The notes: a model not told the origin generated them from the letters alone. A stretch of 64,000 nucleotides of DNA from Roseovarius sp. (GCF_030373445.1 NZ_JAUCYU010000007.1:94215-158214), one strand, 5' to 3'; shown: positions 37,314-48,656, counted from the stretch's first letter. Numbers and translations: made by a program.

Positions 37314-39188
37314 TCAGTGTTGCGGGATCATGAAGCGGGCGAAGAAGGCGGTCAAGCCGGCATGGTCCCCGAGCGGCAGGATGGCGGCGGTGAACTGGTC
37401 GGGGCGGAGGACGATCAGGGCGCCGCGCTCGCGGTCGATGCCGCGCCGGTCGAAGATGTCGGGGCCGGTTTTCAGGTCGGGGCAGAAGGCCTTTTCGTAA
37501 TCGGTGAGGCCGAAGCGGCCCCTGGGCGGGGCCAGGAGACGGGGAAGCGCGGAGAGGTCCATGTCGCGGTGATGGGGCTGGAACACGGCGCGCAGGTCGA
37601 TGACCGAGTCGATATCCGCACCGTCGGGCGTATAGCGGCGCAGGGGGCTGTCGGGCGCGGTATCGAGCGCCTCGCAGATCCGGGCGATGGCGCCGCCCGG
37701 CATGCCCATGTCGCCGCGCGGGGAAAAGGCCACCAGCCGCCAGCGGCCGTCGGCCAGCATGGCATGGCCAAGCTGCATGGGTTTCGCGTCGGCCAGCCGG
37801 ATGACGGGCGCGGAGTGGAACCGCATGCCGATGGGCAGGCCGGTGGCGAGGGCCTGGTGGCCGGCCTGCACGATCAATGAGGGGTCGTAACGCGCCTCGA
37901 CCCCGGCGGTATAGCGGCCGTGCTTCTGGAAATACTGCTGGAACCGGGCCGAGGCGTCGGGGTCGGAGGAGCGGGAACTGAAGAGCCGGGCCATGTCGCG
38001 GTCGAACTCGATCAGTTCCTGCGCCTTGGCGCGGCGCTCGCCGGAATAGGTATGCAGCAGGTCGGGCACGGCCTGTCCGCGCAGCACCGCCGCCAGCTTC
38101 CAGCCGAGGTTGAACGTGTCGGCCATCGACACGTTCATCCCCTGCCCCGCCTTGGGGCTGTGGGTGTGGCAGGCGTCGCCGGCAATGAAGATGCGCGGGG
38201 TGTGCCCGTCGCGCGCACCGGTGCCGAGGTCGTCGAAACTGTCGCAGACCCGCTGGCCGATCTCGTAGGCCGAGCACCAGGCCACGTCGCGCACATCGAG
38301 CGTATAGGGCGACAGGATCGCCTGCGCCTTGTCGATCAGCATGTCGGCGGTGACGTTGCGGTCGGCGGCGCGTTCGGTCTCGTGCAGCTCGTCGAGTTCC
38401 ACGTACATGCGCACCATCGCCCCGCCCTCGCGCGGGATGATCAGCAGGCTGCCGCTGTGGGCCGAGCGGATCGCGGCCTTGAGGCGGATATCGGGGAAGT
38501 CGGTGACGGCGAGGATATCCATCACCCCCCAGAGCTGCCGCGCGGCATCGCCCTTGAGCGTCAGCCCGAGCGACGCGCGCACCGCGCTGCGGGCGCCGTC
38601 GCAGCCGACCAAGTATTTGGCGCGGATGGTTTCGGTGACGTTATCCGGGGCTTCGAAGGTGGCGGTGACGGGGTAGTCCGGGTCGTCGGTTCGCGTGAGG
38701 CCCCTAAGGTGAAGGCCGTAATCGGGGGTCAGCCGGCGGGGCGATTTGCGCATGATATCGAGGTAGAAATCATGCACCCTTGCCTGGCTGAGGATGGTGT
38801 GGGGCATCTCGGACAGGTCGTCGGCCACGTCGTCGATCCGGTCGGTGCGGATGAGGCCCGCCCCGCCCTCTCCCGGGGCCCAGAACACGGTTTCGTTGAC
38901 CCAGTAGGCCTCCTCCATCACGCGGGTGGCGAAGCCGAAGGCCTGGAACATCTCCATCGAGCGGCAGGCGATGCCGTCGGCCTGCCCCATCTTCAGCGGA
39001 CCCGGTTTGCGCTCGGCGAGGCGGGTCACGATGTCGGGGAAGACCGAAAGCTGGGCCGCGAGCGTCAGCCCGGCGGGGCCGCAACCGACGATAAGCACGT
39101 CGACGTCGGAAGGGCGTTCGCCCGCGCCATCGGCCTCGGGCCGGACGCGCGGATCACCGGGGGTAAAGCCGTCGAAATGGTATTGCAT
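37314..39188 (-). CDS. FAD-dependent aromatic-ring monooxygenase (phenol 2-monooxygenase / 3-hydroxybenzoate 4-monooxygenase-like)
   Basis: ATG 39188. DVLIVGCGPAGL, VGCDGARSAVR and IAGDACHTHSPKAGQGMNVSMADTFNLGWKL. Has the C-terminal ~170-aa extra domain typical of the ~620-aa phenol-hydroxylase subgroup. Confidence 0.85.
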   Translation of the reverse strand: MQYHFDGFTPGDPRVRPEADGAGERPSDVDVLIVGCGPAGLTLAAQLSVFPDIVTRLAERKPGPLKMGQADGIACRSMEMFQAFGFATRVMEEAYWVNETVFWAPGEGGAGLIRTDRIDDVADDLSEMPHTILSQARVHDFYLDIMRKSPRRLTPDYGLHLRGLTRTDDPDYPVTATFEAPDNVTETIRAKYLVGCDGARSAVRASLGLTLKGDAARQLWGVMDILAVTDFPDIRLKAAIRSAHSGSLLIIPREGGAMVRMYVELDELHETERAADRNVTADMLIDKAQAILSPYTLDVRDVAWCSAYEIGQRVCDSFDDLGTGARDGHTPRIFIAGDACHTHSPKAGQGMNVSMADTFNLGWKLAAVLRGQAVPDLLHTYSGERRAKAQELIEFDRDMARLFSSRSSDPDASARFQQYFQKHGRYTAGVEARYDPSLIVQAGHQALATGLPIGMRFHSAPVIRLADAKPMQLGHAMLADGRWRLVAFSPRGDMGMPGGAIARICEALDTAPDSPLRRYTPDGADIDSVIDLRAVFQPHHRDMDLSALPRLLAPPRGRFGLTDYEKAFCPDLKTGPDIFDRRGIDRERGALIVLRPDQFTAAILPLGDHAGLTAFFARFMIPQH

Positions 39189-39220
39189 CGCGCCCTCCCC
39201 CGGGCCGGTGCCCGCTGACC

Positions 39221-40054
39221 CTACAGCTCCTGGCTGCGCATGTGCTGGGCCACGGCCTGGCCGACGAGGTAGGACAGTTCCTCGTACATCCGGTCGAAGG
39301 TGGCAAAGAGCGCGGTGTTGAGCGCCTGCCCCTCGTCGCTGCGCCACAGGTCGATATATTCCTGCACCTCGTCATCCTCGAGCGGCTGGTAGGCGGTCAG
39401 CAGGTAGGCCCCGATCCATGCCGTGCTGTCCTCGCGCACGCCGTCTTCCTGCGACCAGACGTCGAGCAGCATGTCCTCTTCCGACATGTCATAGGCCCCG
39501 CCATCGGCCAGCCCGCGATAGAGCATCAGGTTGGAATTCAGGATGCCCATCACGTTATGCTCGATCAGGTCGCTGTCGGCGACCAGCGTGTCGATCTGGT
39601 CGACGATCAGCGCGCCCTCGCGGGCGAGCTTCTCGTATTGCTCCTTGGCGGCGTCCTCGACCTCGGGGTCGAGGAAGGCCTCGCGCGCGGACAGTTCCAG
39701 CTCGATGACTTCCGCGCCAAGCTCGGAGGTGAAGAAGGCGTTGAGCGGGGCAAGGTCCACGCCTTCCAGCCCGCGCGCCATGCGTTCCTCGACAAGGCGG
39801 CGCATCTTGCCGGTGTCGTAGATGCGTTCGACCGTGGCCTGCCAGCCGGACGGGTCGGCCTCGGGCATCATGTCCTGAGCGAGGCTTTCGGCATAGGCCA
39901 GCCCTTCCTGCCGCATGATGTCGACGGTGTCGCCCACCCGGAGCGCTTCAAGCAGCACGTCAAGGTCGGCGCGGGCCTCGGACTGTGCGGGCATCGCCCA
40001 GATTACGGCCGCGGTAAGGGCCCCGGCGGCGGCACGGATCGGCCCCATGCTCAC
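39221..40054 (-). CDS. Periplasmic acidic hypothetical protein, DUF2059-like, paralog A
   Basis: Signal peptide MSMGPIRAAAGALTAAVIWAMPAQSEA. LNAFFTSELGAEVIELE resembles the FY-SP-G-K motif of DUF2059. Paralogous to the upstream gene. ATGA coupling. Confidence 0.6.
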   Translation of the reverse strand: MSMGPIRAAAGALTAAVIWAMPAQSEARADLDVLLEALRVGDTVDIMRQEGLAYAESLAQDMMPEADPSGWQATVERIYDTGKMRRLVEERMARGLEGVDLAPLNAFFTSELGAEVIELELSAREAFLDPEVEDAAKEQYEKLAREGALIVDQIDTLVADSDLIEHNVMGILNSNLMLYRGLADGGAYDMSEEDMLLDVWSQEDGVREDSTAWIGAYLLTAYQPLEDDEVQEYIDLWRSDEGQALNTALFATFDRMYEELSYLVGQAVAQHMRSQEL

Positions 40055-40938
40055 AGCTCCTCGCCGGGGTGCATCTCGGCCATGCGGGCCGCCAGCACCT
40101 CGAAGCGGTTGGCCATGATCTCGTACTGGATGGCGTTCATCAGCTCGTAGACCTCCTGCATTTGCGGGGCTTCCAGCGCCTCGGTATAGGTCTCGATCTC
40201 CTCGAGCGTCAGGTCGCGATAGGTATAGGCGGCGTTGGCGAGCCCGGCCTCGGTCATGTCGGCGCGCATCTCGTCTTCCTGGTTGCGGATGACGGCGCGC
40301 AGGGCGCCCTCGTCGATCTCGTAATCCAGCACCCCGGCATAGGAGGCGGCCATCAGGAAGCGCACCATGATCTCCTGCACGGCGCGCACCGACTGGTCCT
40401 CGGTGTCGATGGCGTCGGCCATCCGTTCGAACATCTCGGCGCGGCCGTTGCCGGCGGCGCGCGCCTCGGCCAGAAGCTCGGCCCCTTCGGCGCGGTGCGC
40501 GGCGCTGTCCTCGGCCATGTGGGCGGCGTTTTCGAGCTGCACCAGCTTCTGGCCGAGCGGCGAGGCGTAAAACCCCGCGGCATGGCCGAGAAGCTCGTCG
40601 CTCAGGGTTTCGGACAGGATCTCGATGGCCATGTCGTGCATGGTGTCGGTGTCGAAGACCTGTTTCGTGACGCGGGCCCAGTCATGGCCGAAATCATTGG
40701 GCGACATGCCCAGCATCTCGGGCGCGTCCGAGGCCGACTGCTTGATCGATTCGAGCGCGACGTCGAAGCCGGTGACCTCGAGGAACGCCTCGAGGTTGGC
40801 ACGGTCGGCGGCGCGGGCCTGCGGCGGGGCCAGCAGCGCGATGACGGCGAGTATGGCGATGAACGGGGCTTGGATCAGGGACCGTTGCGACAAGGGGGCA
40901 CTCCTTCGGCCGAATTGCTCAGGTTTGAATCTAGGCAA
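40051..40938 (-). CDS. Periplasmic acidic hypothetical protein, DUF2059-like, paralog B
   Basis: Hydrophobic leader APFIAILAVIALLAPPQARA. AAGFYASPLGQKLVQLE. Same overall architecture and ...EEL C-terminus as paralog A. Confidence 0.6.
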   Translation of the reverse strand: MPRFKPEQFGRRSAPLSQRSLIQAPFIAILAVIALLAPPQARAADRANLEAFLEVTGFDVALESIKQSASDAPEMLGMSPNDFGHDWARVTKQVFDTDTMHDMAIEILSETLSDELLGHAAGFYASPLGQKLVQLENAAHMAEDSAAHRAEGAELLAEARAAGNGRAEMFERMADAIDTEDQSVRAVQEIMVRFLMAASYAGVLDYEIDEGALRAVIRNQEDEMRADMTEAGLANAAYTYRDLTLEEIETYTEALEAPQMQEVYELMNAIQYEIMANRFEVLAARMAEMHPGEEL

Positions 40939-41014
40939 ATTCTGGCGGCAAACAATGCAAAACCCCCTTGTCCCTCGCTGGAAAGGCGATTAAACGCAGC
41001 CTCCAGACCCCCGC

Positions 41015-41104
41015 GGAGAGGTGCCGGAGTGGTCGAACGGGGCGGTCTCGAAAACCGTTGACCCTTCACGGGGTCCCAGGGTTCGAATCCCTGTCTCTCC
41101 GCCA
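41015..41104 (+). tRNA. tRNA-Ser (anticodon CGA)
   Basis: GGAGAGG acceptor pairs with TCTCTCC. Anticodon stem GCGGT/ACCGT with loop CTCGAAA. Long variable arm. T-loop GGTTCGAATCC. Encoded CCA. Confidence 0.9.
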
Positions 41105-41203
41105 TTTATTCCCTGATGATGACGATGTGGTGAAACCCGGTGCCCCGGGCGCCGGTTCTCGTGGCTTCGGCGGCGTGGCGCGATGCTGTTCGCGTGGCGT
41201 CCG

Positions 41204-41232
41204 ACAAAAAATCGCGCCCCGGAGGGCGCGAT
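41204..41232 (-). terminator. Rho-independent terminator of guaB
   Basis: The minus strand reads ATCGCGCC-CTCCGG-GGCGCGAT followed by TTTTTT. Lies about 70 nt after the guaB stop. Confidence 0.65.
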
Positions 41233-41298
41233 CGGACAGGTCGGTTTCAGGCTCAGCCTGGCGCGAACCAGGCTTAGCTTCGCCAGCTAACCCCTTGA

Positions 41299-42783
<1,485 letters not shown>

Positions 42784-42931
42784 CTATTACATGGATCGGG
42801 GGCGGGTGAAAGGCCAATTCGTTGGCGTGGGGGCATGGCGGGGTTGCAGGCGGCGCCGGGTCTGGCCCCTTGCCGGGCGCGGGAAATCCGGCCACCGTGG
42901 CGCCGAGCGTTGCGGGACGGGAGGATGCGGC

Positions 42932-43891
42932 ATGACGAAACACGGCTACGAGGCGGGGCGGCTCGACCTGCCCTTCGTGGGAATCTCCACCTTCGGCAAG
43001 CGGCCTTACGTGGCCGACTGGGCGGCGATCGAGGCGGATGCCGCGATCCTCGGCGCGCCGTTCGATTTCGGCACCCAGTGGCGGGCGGGCGCGCGGTTCG
43101 GGCCGCGCGGGGTGCGCGAGGCCTCGACGCTGTTCAGCTTCGGCCATGCCGGGGCCTACGATCACGAGGATGACGTGACCTATCTTCCGGGCGACGTGAA
43201 GATCGTCGACCTGGGCGACGCCGATATCGTGCATACCGACACGGTGAAGAGCCACGCCAATATCGAGGCGGGCGTGCGGGCGATCCTGAAGGCGGGCGCC
43301 CTGCCGGTGGTGATCGGCGGGGACCATTCGGTGAATATCCCCTGCATCAACGCCTTCGACGACCAGGGCGACATTCACATCCTGCAGATCGACGCCCATC
43401 TCGATTTCGTCGACGAGCGCCACGGCGTGCGGTTCGGCCATGGCAACCCGATGCGCCGGGCGGCGGAGAAGCCCTACGTGACGGGGCTCACCCAGATCGG
43501 CATCCGCAATGTCAGCTCCACCGCCAAGGAAGGCTATGACGACGCGCGCGCCATGGGCTCGGACATCCTGTCGGTGCGGCAGGTGCGCAAGCTGGGGGCG
43601 GAGGCCACGGCGGCGCGCATTCCGGAGGGCGCGCGGGTCTACATCACGCTAGACATCGACGCCTTCTGCCCCTCGATCGCGCCGGGCACCGGCACGCCCA
43701 GCCATGGCGGGTTCCTCTATTACGACGTGCTGGAGATCCTGCAGCTTGTGGCGCGGAACCACGAGGTGGTGGGCATCGACCTTGTGGAGGTGGCGCCGGA
43801 TTACGACCCGACGGGCGGCACGTCGATCCTGGCGGCGCAGGTGCTGCTGAACCTGCTGGGGTTCGTGTTTCACGCGCAGCGGGCGGGGTGA
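42932..43891 (+). CDS. Ureohydrolase-family enzyme (agmatinase / guanidinobutyrase-like)
   Basis: ATG 42932. Mn-ligand motifs GGDHS, QIDAHLDF and LDIDAFCP..APGTGTP. Confidence 0.85.
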   Translation: MTKHGYEAGRLDLPFVGISTFGKRPYVADWAAIEADAAILGAPFDFGTQWRAGARFGPRGVREASTLFSFGHAGAYDHEDDVTYLPGDVKIVDLGDADIVHTDTVKSHANIEAGVRAILKAGALPVVIGGDHSVNIPCINAFDDQGDIHILQIDAHLDFVDERHGVRFGHGNPMRRAAEKPYVTGLTQIGIRNVSSTAKEGYDDARAMGSDILSVRQVRKLGAEATAARIPEGARVYITLDIDAFCPSIAPGTGTPSHGGFLYYDVLEILQLVARNHEVVGIDLVEVAPDYDPTGGTSILAAQVLLNLLGFVFHAQRAG

Positions 43892-43914
43892 GGGCGTTTT
43901 CTTCGAATACGGGT

Positions 43915-44013
43915 CGGAAAATTGGAATTTTCCGGCGGCGATACATTAGCTGCGTTGCGCAACATGCCGTTTTCTTTAAAAGAAAACGGTCCGAGTTCTT
44001 TTAAAGAATTCGG
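43915..44013. repeat. Cluster of AT-cored palindromes between convergent genes
   Basis: 43915-43934 CGGAAAATT-GG-AATTTTCCG; 43954-43963 GTTGCGCAAC; 43967-43989 CCGTTTTCTTT-A-AAAGAAAACGG (perfect 11+1+11); 43991-44013 CCGAGTTCTTT-T-AAAGAATTCGG (10/11). The last two have centres 24 bp apart, and the last overlaps the yidD stop codon. Confidence 0.85.
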
Positions 44014-44240
44014 GTCTTTCGCTCCGGCACCGGGTCATGGCCGCACTTGCCCCACGGGTTGCACCGCGCGATCCGGCGCAGCGCCAGCCAGCCGCCTTTC
44101 AGCGCGCCGTGCCGCTCCAACGCCTCAAGCGCATAGGCGCTGCAGGTCGGTTGATACCGGCAATGCCAGCCCACCCAAGGGGAAAACACCAGCCGGTACG
44201 CCTTGACCGGCAACGAGAGGATATGGGCCAGCGGGCTCAT
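44001..44240 (-). CDS. yidD: Membrane protein insertion efficiency factor YidD
   Basis: ATG 44240. [50 protein letters not shown]. Confidence 0.9.
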   Translation of the reverse strand: MSPLAHILSLPVKAYRLVFSPWVGWHCRYQPTCSAYALEALERHGALKGGWLALRRIARCNPWGKCGHDPVPERKTRIL

Positions 44241-44638
44241 GCGCCGTGCAGCTTGCGCAGGGCGTAGAGGAAATCGCGCTGCAGGTCCTGGAAATCGCGC
44301 GCCGCCGTCACCTCGGGCCGGCCGATCAGGGCGTAATCCCAGCCCGCGCGACCATGCTCGGGCAGAAGCAGCCTTGCCACCTCGCGCAGGCGGCGCTTGG
44401 CGCGGTTGCGGGCCACGGCATTGCCGACCTTCTTGGAACACGTGAAGCCCACGCGCACCGTCGCGTCGCCATCGCCCCGGTCACGCCCCTGCACCAGCAT
44501 CGAGCCGGTGCCCTGCCGCTGCGCGCGGTTGAGCGCCAGGAAATCCGGCCGCTTGCGCAGGCGCTGGACGCAAAGAGACACCGCCGGGGGCGTATTCCCC
44601 GCTTTGTCGACGGGGGCCTCCGGCGGTGCCGTAATCAT
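44237..44638 (-). CDS. rnpA: Ribonuclease P protein component
   Basis: ATG 44638. [39 protein letters not shown]. Overlaps the yidD start. Lies downstream of rpmH. Confidence 0.85.
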   Translation of the reverse strand: MITAPPEAPVDKAGNTPPAVSLCVQRLRKRPDFLALNRAQRQGTGSMLVQGRDRGDGDATVRVGFTCSKKVGNAVARNRAKRRLREVARLLLPEHGRAGWDYALIGRPEVTAARDFQDLQRDFLYALRKLHGA

Positions 44639-44661
44639 GGTAGAACCTTGAAGTCCGAGGC

Positions 44662-44796
44662 TTACGCGCTCAGCGACTTGCGGCCACGGGCGCGGCGCGC
44701 GTTCAGGATCTTGCGGCCCGCCTTGGTGGCCATGCGCGCACGGAAGCCGTGCCGGCGCTTGCGAACCAGGTTCGAGGGTTGAAAGGTGCGTTTCAT
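44662..44796 (-). CDS. rpmH: 50S ribosomal protein L34
   Basis: Not in the ORF track (44 aa). Reverse translation gives [44 protein letters not shown], with stop TAA at 44662-44664. Confidence 0.95.
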
Positions 44797-45100
44797 CGCT
44801 CCGGTCTCCGGTCTTGCGGGGCCGTCTGCCGGAATCGGCGCAGCCCGGGGAATGCTTCGAAGCCCGGTCTATAATCGCGCGGCGGGCCCAAGTCAAACCC
44901 GCCCGCGCGGTTTTGCAACAAAAACCGCGCAGGCCCCGGTTCTTCTGTTACAAAACCCGGGAATCTCCGTCTTTTACCCTGTCCGGGGCCGCATTCGCCT
45001 CACCCCTCATCACCGCCGCGTGAGGCCTCTTTCCCCGGCGCGCGGCATGGCGCATCTAGGACAGGAACAAAGGGTTACGGCCATAGAACCGGACGAGGAC

Positions 45101-45832
45101 ATGGACCAGGCGAGACACGGGGGCAGACACCCCCTGGCACGGCATATACCGCTTGCCGTCATCGTGACGGCGGCCATCATCGGTTTCTTCACCCTCGGCG
45201 ACCTGCTGAGTTTCGAGACACTGCGCGCCCATCGCGAGACGCTGATCGCTTTCCGCGACGCAAATTTCACAGGGCTGGCGCTGGCCTTCATCGGTATCTA
45301 CGTGGTGATCGTCGCGTTTTCCCTGCCCGGTGCCGCGGTGGCCTCGGTCACCGGCGGGTTCCTGTTCGGGCTGGCGCTTGGCACGCTCTTCAACGTGATC
45401 GCCGCTTCGCTCGGGGCCATTGCCATCTTCCTGGCCGCCCGCTGGGGGCTGGGCCGGGTGCTGGCCGAGAGGATCGAAACCTCCGAGGGCACGTTGAAGA
45501 AGATCAAGGCGGGGCTCAACGAGAACGAGGTCAGCGTACTGTTCCTCATGCGGCTTGTCCCGGTGGTGCCATTCTTCGTGGCGAACCTCCTGCCCGCCCT
45601 TGTCGGCGTGCGCTTCGTGAATTTCGCGCTGACCACCGTGCTGGGCATTATTCCCGGGGCGCTGGTCTTCACCTGGATCGGCGTGGGGCTGGGCGAGGTG
45701 TTCGACCGTGGCGAAAGCCCCGACCTGTCGCTTCTGTGGGAACCGCAGGTGATCGGGCCGATCCTGGGGCTTTGCGTCCTGGCGGCGCTGCCCATTCTCA
45801 TCAAGCAGCTGAAAGGCCGGAAAGATGGCTGA
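45101..45832 (+). CDS. TVP38/TMEM64 (DedA-related) family membrane protein
   Basis: ATG 45101. VVIVAFSLPGAAVASVTGGFLFGLALGTLFNVIAASLGAIAIFLAARW and LMRLVPVVPFFVANLLPAL. Confidence 0.8.
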   Translation: MDQARHGGRHPLARHIPLAVIVTAAIIGFFTLGDLLSFETLRAHRETLIAFRDANFTGLALAFIGIYVVIVAFSLPGAAVASVTGGFLFGLALGTLFNVIAASLGAIAIFLAARWGLGRVLAERIETSEGTLKKIKAGLNENEVSVLFLMRLVPVVPFFVANLLPALVGVRFVNFALTTVLGIIPGALVFTWIGVGLGEVFDRGESPDLSLLWEPQVIGPILGLCVLAALPILIKQLKGRKDG

Positions 45833-47252
45833 ACCCGAGCGCCTTACCCCTGATATCCTTGTCATCGGCGCCGGCTCCGGCGGGTTGTCGGTGGCCTCGG
45901 GCGCAGTGCAGATGGGCGCCTCGGTGGTGCTGTTGGAAGGACACCGGATGGGTGGCGACTGCCTGAATTTCGGCTGCGTCCCGTCAAAGGCGTTGATCGC
46001 CAGTGCAAAGGCGGCGCACGGCCAGGCCCATTCCGCGCCTTTCGGCGTGGCGAGTGTCACGCCGCAGGTCGATTACGCCGCCGCGATGGAGCATGTGGCC
46101 CAAGCCATCGCCACGATCGAGCCGCATGACAGCCAGGAGCGGTTCGAGACACTTGGCGTCACGGTCATCCGGGAGTACGGCGAATTCATCTCGCCCAGGG
46201 AGGTGAAGGCCGGCGACACAATCATCAAGCCCCGCCGAATCGTCATCGCCACCGGCTCCTCGCCGCTCGTGCCGCCGATCCCGGGTCTCGACAGCGTGCC
46301 GTATGACACCAACGAGACCCTCTTCGACCGGCGGGAAAAACCTGATCACCTGCTGATCATCGGCGGCGGGCCTATCGGGGTGGAAATGGCGCAGGCGCAT
46401 GTGCGGCTGGGTTGCAAGGTCACGGTGATCGAGGGCGCGAAGGCCCTGGGTCAGGACGACCCGGAGCTTGCGGCCATCGTGCTCGACCGGCTGCGCGAGG
46501 AAGGCGTCGAGATTGCCGAGGGCGCGCAAGCGTCGGAGATCGGCGGCACGGCCGGCGCCATCGAGGTGACGACCGGGAACGGGCGCCGCTTCACCGGCAC
46601 GCACCTGCTTGTCGCCGTGGGGCGCAAACCCAATATCGACCGGCTCGCCCTCGACAAGGCCGGGATCGAGACCACCAAGCGTGGCATCAAGACCGACAGC
46701 GGCCTCCGGACCACCAACCGCCGCGCCTATGCCATCGGCGACGTGGCGGGGGGGCTGCAATTCACCCACGTGGCCAGCTATCACGCGGGCATCGTTATCC
46801 GCTCGGCCGTGCTGGGCCTGCCCGCGAAGACGAAATCGGCCCATATCCCGCACGTTACCTATACCGATCCGGAACTGGCGCAGGTCGGCCTGACCGAGGC
46901 GCAGGCGCGAGAGACCCATGGCGGCAATCTCGAGGTCATCCGCATCGACTATGCCGGCAACGACCGCGCCATCGCCGAGCGCCGGACCACCGGATTTCTC
47001 AAGGTGATGGTGGTGCGTGGCCGGCCCGTCGGCGCCTCGATGGTGGGCGCGCAGGCGGGCGAGCAGATCAGCCTCTGGGCGCTCGCCATTGCCAACAACC
47101 TGAAAATGAGCCAGATCGCGGGGATGGTCGCGCCCTACCCCACGTTGGGCGAGATCAACAAAGCGGCCGCCGGGGCCTATTTCTCTCCGCGACTGTTTGA
47201 TAATCCTTTGGTGAAGAAAGTCGTGGGGCTGGTGCAACGCTGGCTCCCCTGA
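45825..47252 (+). CDS. Pyridine nucleotide-disulfide oxidoreductase (dihydrolipoyl dehydrogenase / mercuric reductase-like)
   Basis: DILVIGAGSGGL, redox-active GGDCLNFGCVPSKALI, second Rossmann fold LLIIGGGPIGVEMAQ, AIGDV, and a dimerisation-domain HAYPTLGE-like PYPTLGEI. 8-nt overlap with the TVP38 gene. Confidence 0.85.
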   Translation: MAEPERLTPDILVIGAGSGGLSVASGAVQMGASVVLLEGHRMGGDCLNFGCVPSKALIASAKAAHGQAHSAPFGVASVTPQVDYAAAMEHVAQAIATIEPHDSQERFETLGVTVIREYGEFISPREVKAGDTIIKPRRIVIATGSSPLVPPIPGLDSVPYDTNETLFDRREKPDHLLIIGGGPIGVEMAQAHVRLGCKVTVIEGAKALGQDDPELAAIVLDRLREEGVEIAEGAQASEIGGTAGAIEVTTGNGRRFTGTHLLVAVGRKPNIDRLALDKAGIETTKRGIKTDSGLRTTNRRAYAIGDVAGGLQFTHVASYHAGIVIRSAVLGLPAKTKSAHIPHVTYTDPELAQVGLTEAQARETHGGNLEVIRIDYAGNDRAIAERRTTGFLKVMVVRGRPVGASMVGAQAGEQISLWALAIANNLKMSQIAGMVAPYPTLGEINKAAAGAYFSPRLFDNPLVKKVVGLVQRWLP

Positions 47253-47264
47253 TCCGGGCGGCAT

Positions 47265-48656
47265 ATGCGGTTTTTCAAAACTCTTTCCGGGCGTTTCCTC
47301 GTTCTGACCGCGATCTTCGTCATGCTGGCGGAGGTGCTGATCTTCGTGCCCTCCGTCGCCCGGTTCCGCGAGGATTTCCTGATGTCCCGGCTGGAGCGGG
47401 CGCAGATCGCCTCGCTGGCGCTTCTGGCCAACGAGGACATCACCGACGAGCTGCAGGAGGAGCTGCTGCTCAACGCGGGCGTCTTCAACGTGGTGCTGAG
47501 GCGCGACGCGGCCCGGCAGCTGGTGCTGAGCTCGCCCATCCCCTCGCCCATCCACGCCACCTACGATTTCCGCAATCCCGCCCCGTTGGAACTGATCGGC
47601 GACGCGCTGGCGGCACTGGCCGACCCGACGCCGCGGGTGATCCGGGTGATCGGCGAGCCGGCGCAGATGGCCGGGCTGCTGATCGAGGTGACGCTGGAAT
47701 CGGCGCCGCTGCGCAGTGCGATGATCGACTATGGCCTGCGCATTCTTCTTCTGTCTGCGGTGATCTCGGTCTTCACCGCGGTGCTTCTGTTCCTTGCGGT
47801 GCGGGGGCTGCTGGTCAAACCGATCCGCCGGGTGGTGGGGCACATGCAATCCTACGCCGCCGCGCCCGAGGATGCGCGGCAGGTGATCACCCCCTCCGCC
47901 GGCGTGACCGAGCTGCGCGAGGCCGAGGAGGCGCTGAAGACCCTGCAGACCCAGCTCACCCACGCGCTGAAACAGCGGGAGCGGCTGGCGCAGCTTGGCG
48001 GCGCGGTGGCCAAGGTCAGCCACGACCTGCGCAATATCCTGACCTCGGCGCAGCTTTTCACCGACCGGATCGAGATGAGCGAGGATCCGCAGGTCAAGCG
48101 CATGGCGCCGAAGCTGGTGAACTCGATCACCCGCGCGGTGCGGCTCTGCGAGGCGACGCTGGCCTATGGCCGGGCCGAGGAGCCGGCGCCGCAGATCGAG
48201 GATATCAACCTCGACAACCTCGTCGACGACGTCATCGAGAGCGAACGGCTGGCCGTGGGCGAGGCCGGTATCAGCTTTTCCACCGACGTGCCCTCGCGCC
48301 TCACCGCGCGGGCCGACGGCGAACAGTTGCACCGGGTGCTGTCGAACCTGGTGCGCAATGCCCGGCAGGCGATCATCGGCACCGGGCGCGAGGGCGAGAT
48401 CGGCATCGCCGCCTATGACGAGTCCGACGATTGCATCATCACCGTCACCGATACCGGCCCCGGCCTGCCCCCCAAGGCGCGCGAGCACTTGTTCCAGCCG
48501 TTCCATGGCGGCGCCACCAAGGGCGGCACGGGGCTCGGCCTGTCGATCGCGCAGGAACTGGTGCGCGGGCATGGCGGCGACCTGACGCTGGCGCGCACCG
48601 ACGAGACCGGCACGACGTTCGAGATCCGCCTGCCCCACGCCCCGAAACCGGGCTGA
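47265..48656 (+). CDS. Membrane sensor histidine kinase (orphan)
   Basis: Two TM segments flank a ~130-aa periplasmic region. H-box VSHDLRNILTSAQL, N-box LSNLVRNARQA, G1 DTGPGLP, G2 GGTGLGLSIAQ. Confidence 0.85.
   Translation: MRFFKTLSGRFLVLTAIFVMLAEVLIFVPSVARFREDFLMSRLERAQIASLALLANEDITDELQEELLLNAGVFNVVLRRDAARQLVLSSPIPSPIHATYDFRNPAPLELIGDALAALADPTPRVIRVIGEPAQMAGLLIEVTLESAPLRSAMIDYGLRILLLSAVISVFTAVLLFLAVRGLLVKPIRRVVGHMQSYAAAPEDARQVITPSAGVTELREAEEALKTLQTQLTHALKQRERLAQLGGAVAKVSHDLRNILTSAQLFTDRIEMSEDPQVKRMAPKLVNSITRAVRLCEATLAYGRAEEPAPQIEDINLDNLVDDVIESERLAVGEAGISFSTDVPSRLTARADGEQLHRVLSNLVRNARQAIIGTGREGEIGIAAYDESDDCIITVTDTGPGLPPKAREHLFQPFHGGATKGGTGLGLSIAQELVRGHGGDLTLARTDETGTTFEIRLPHAPKPG

Noticed and set aside
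41105-41298. Genomic island integrated at tRNA-Ser (and likewise at tRNA-Arg, 48794-48925)
   Set aside because: No integrase gene follows either tRNA and no direct repeat of the tRNA 3' end was seen. The downstream genes are ordinary (guaB terminator region; cupin/NUDIX/IMPase).
44797-45100. Replication origin next to rpmH
   Set aside because: No dnaA gene and no recognisable DnaA-box cluster. The region has only one AT-stem hairpin (44905-44930, GCGCGGTTTT-GCAACA-AAAACCGCGC). As I recall, alphaproteobacterial origins are usually not at rpmH.
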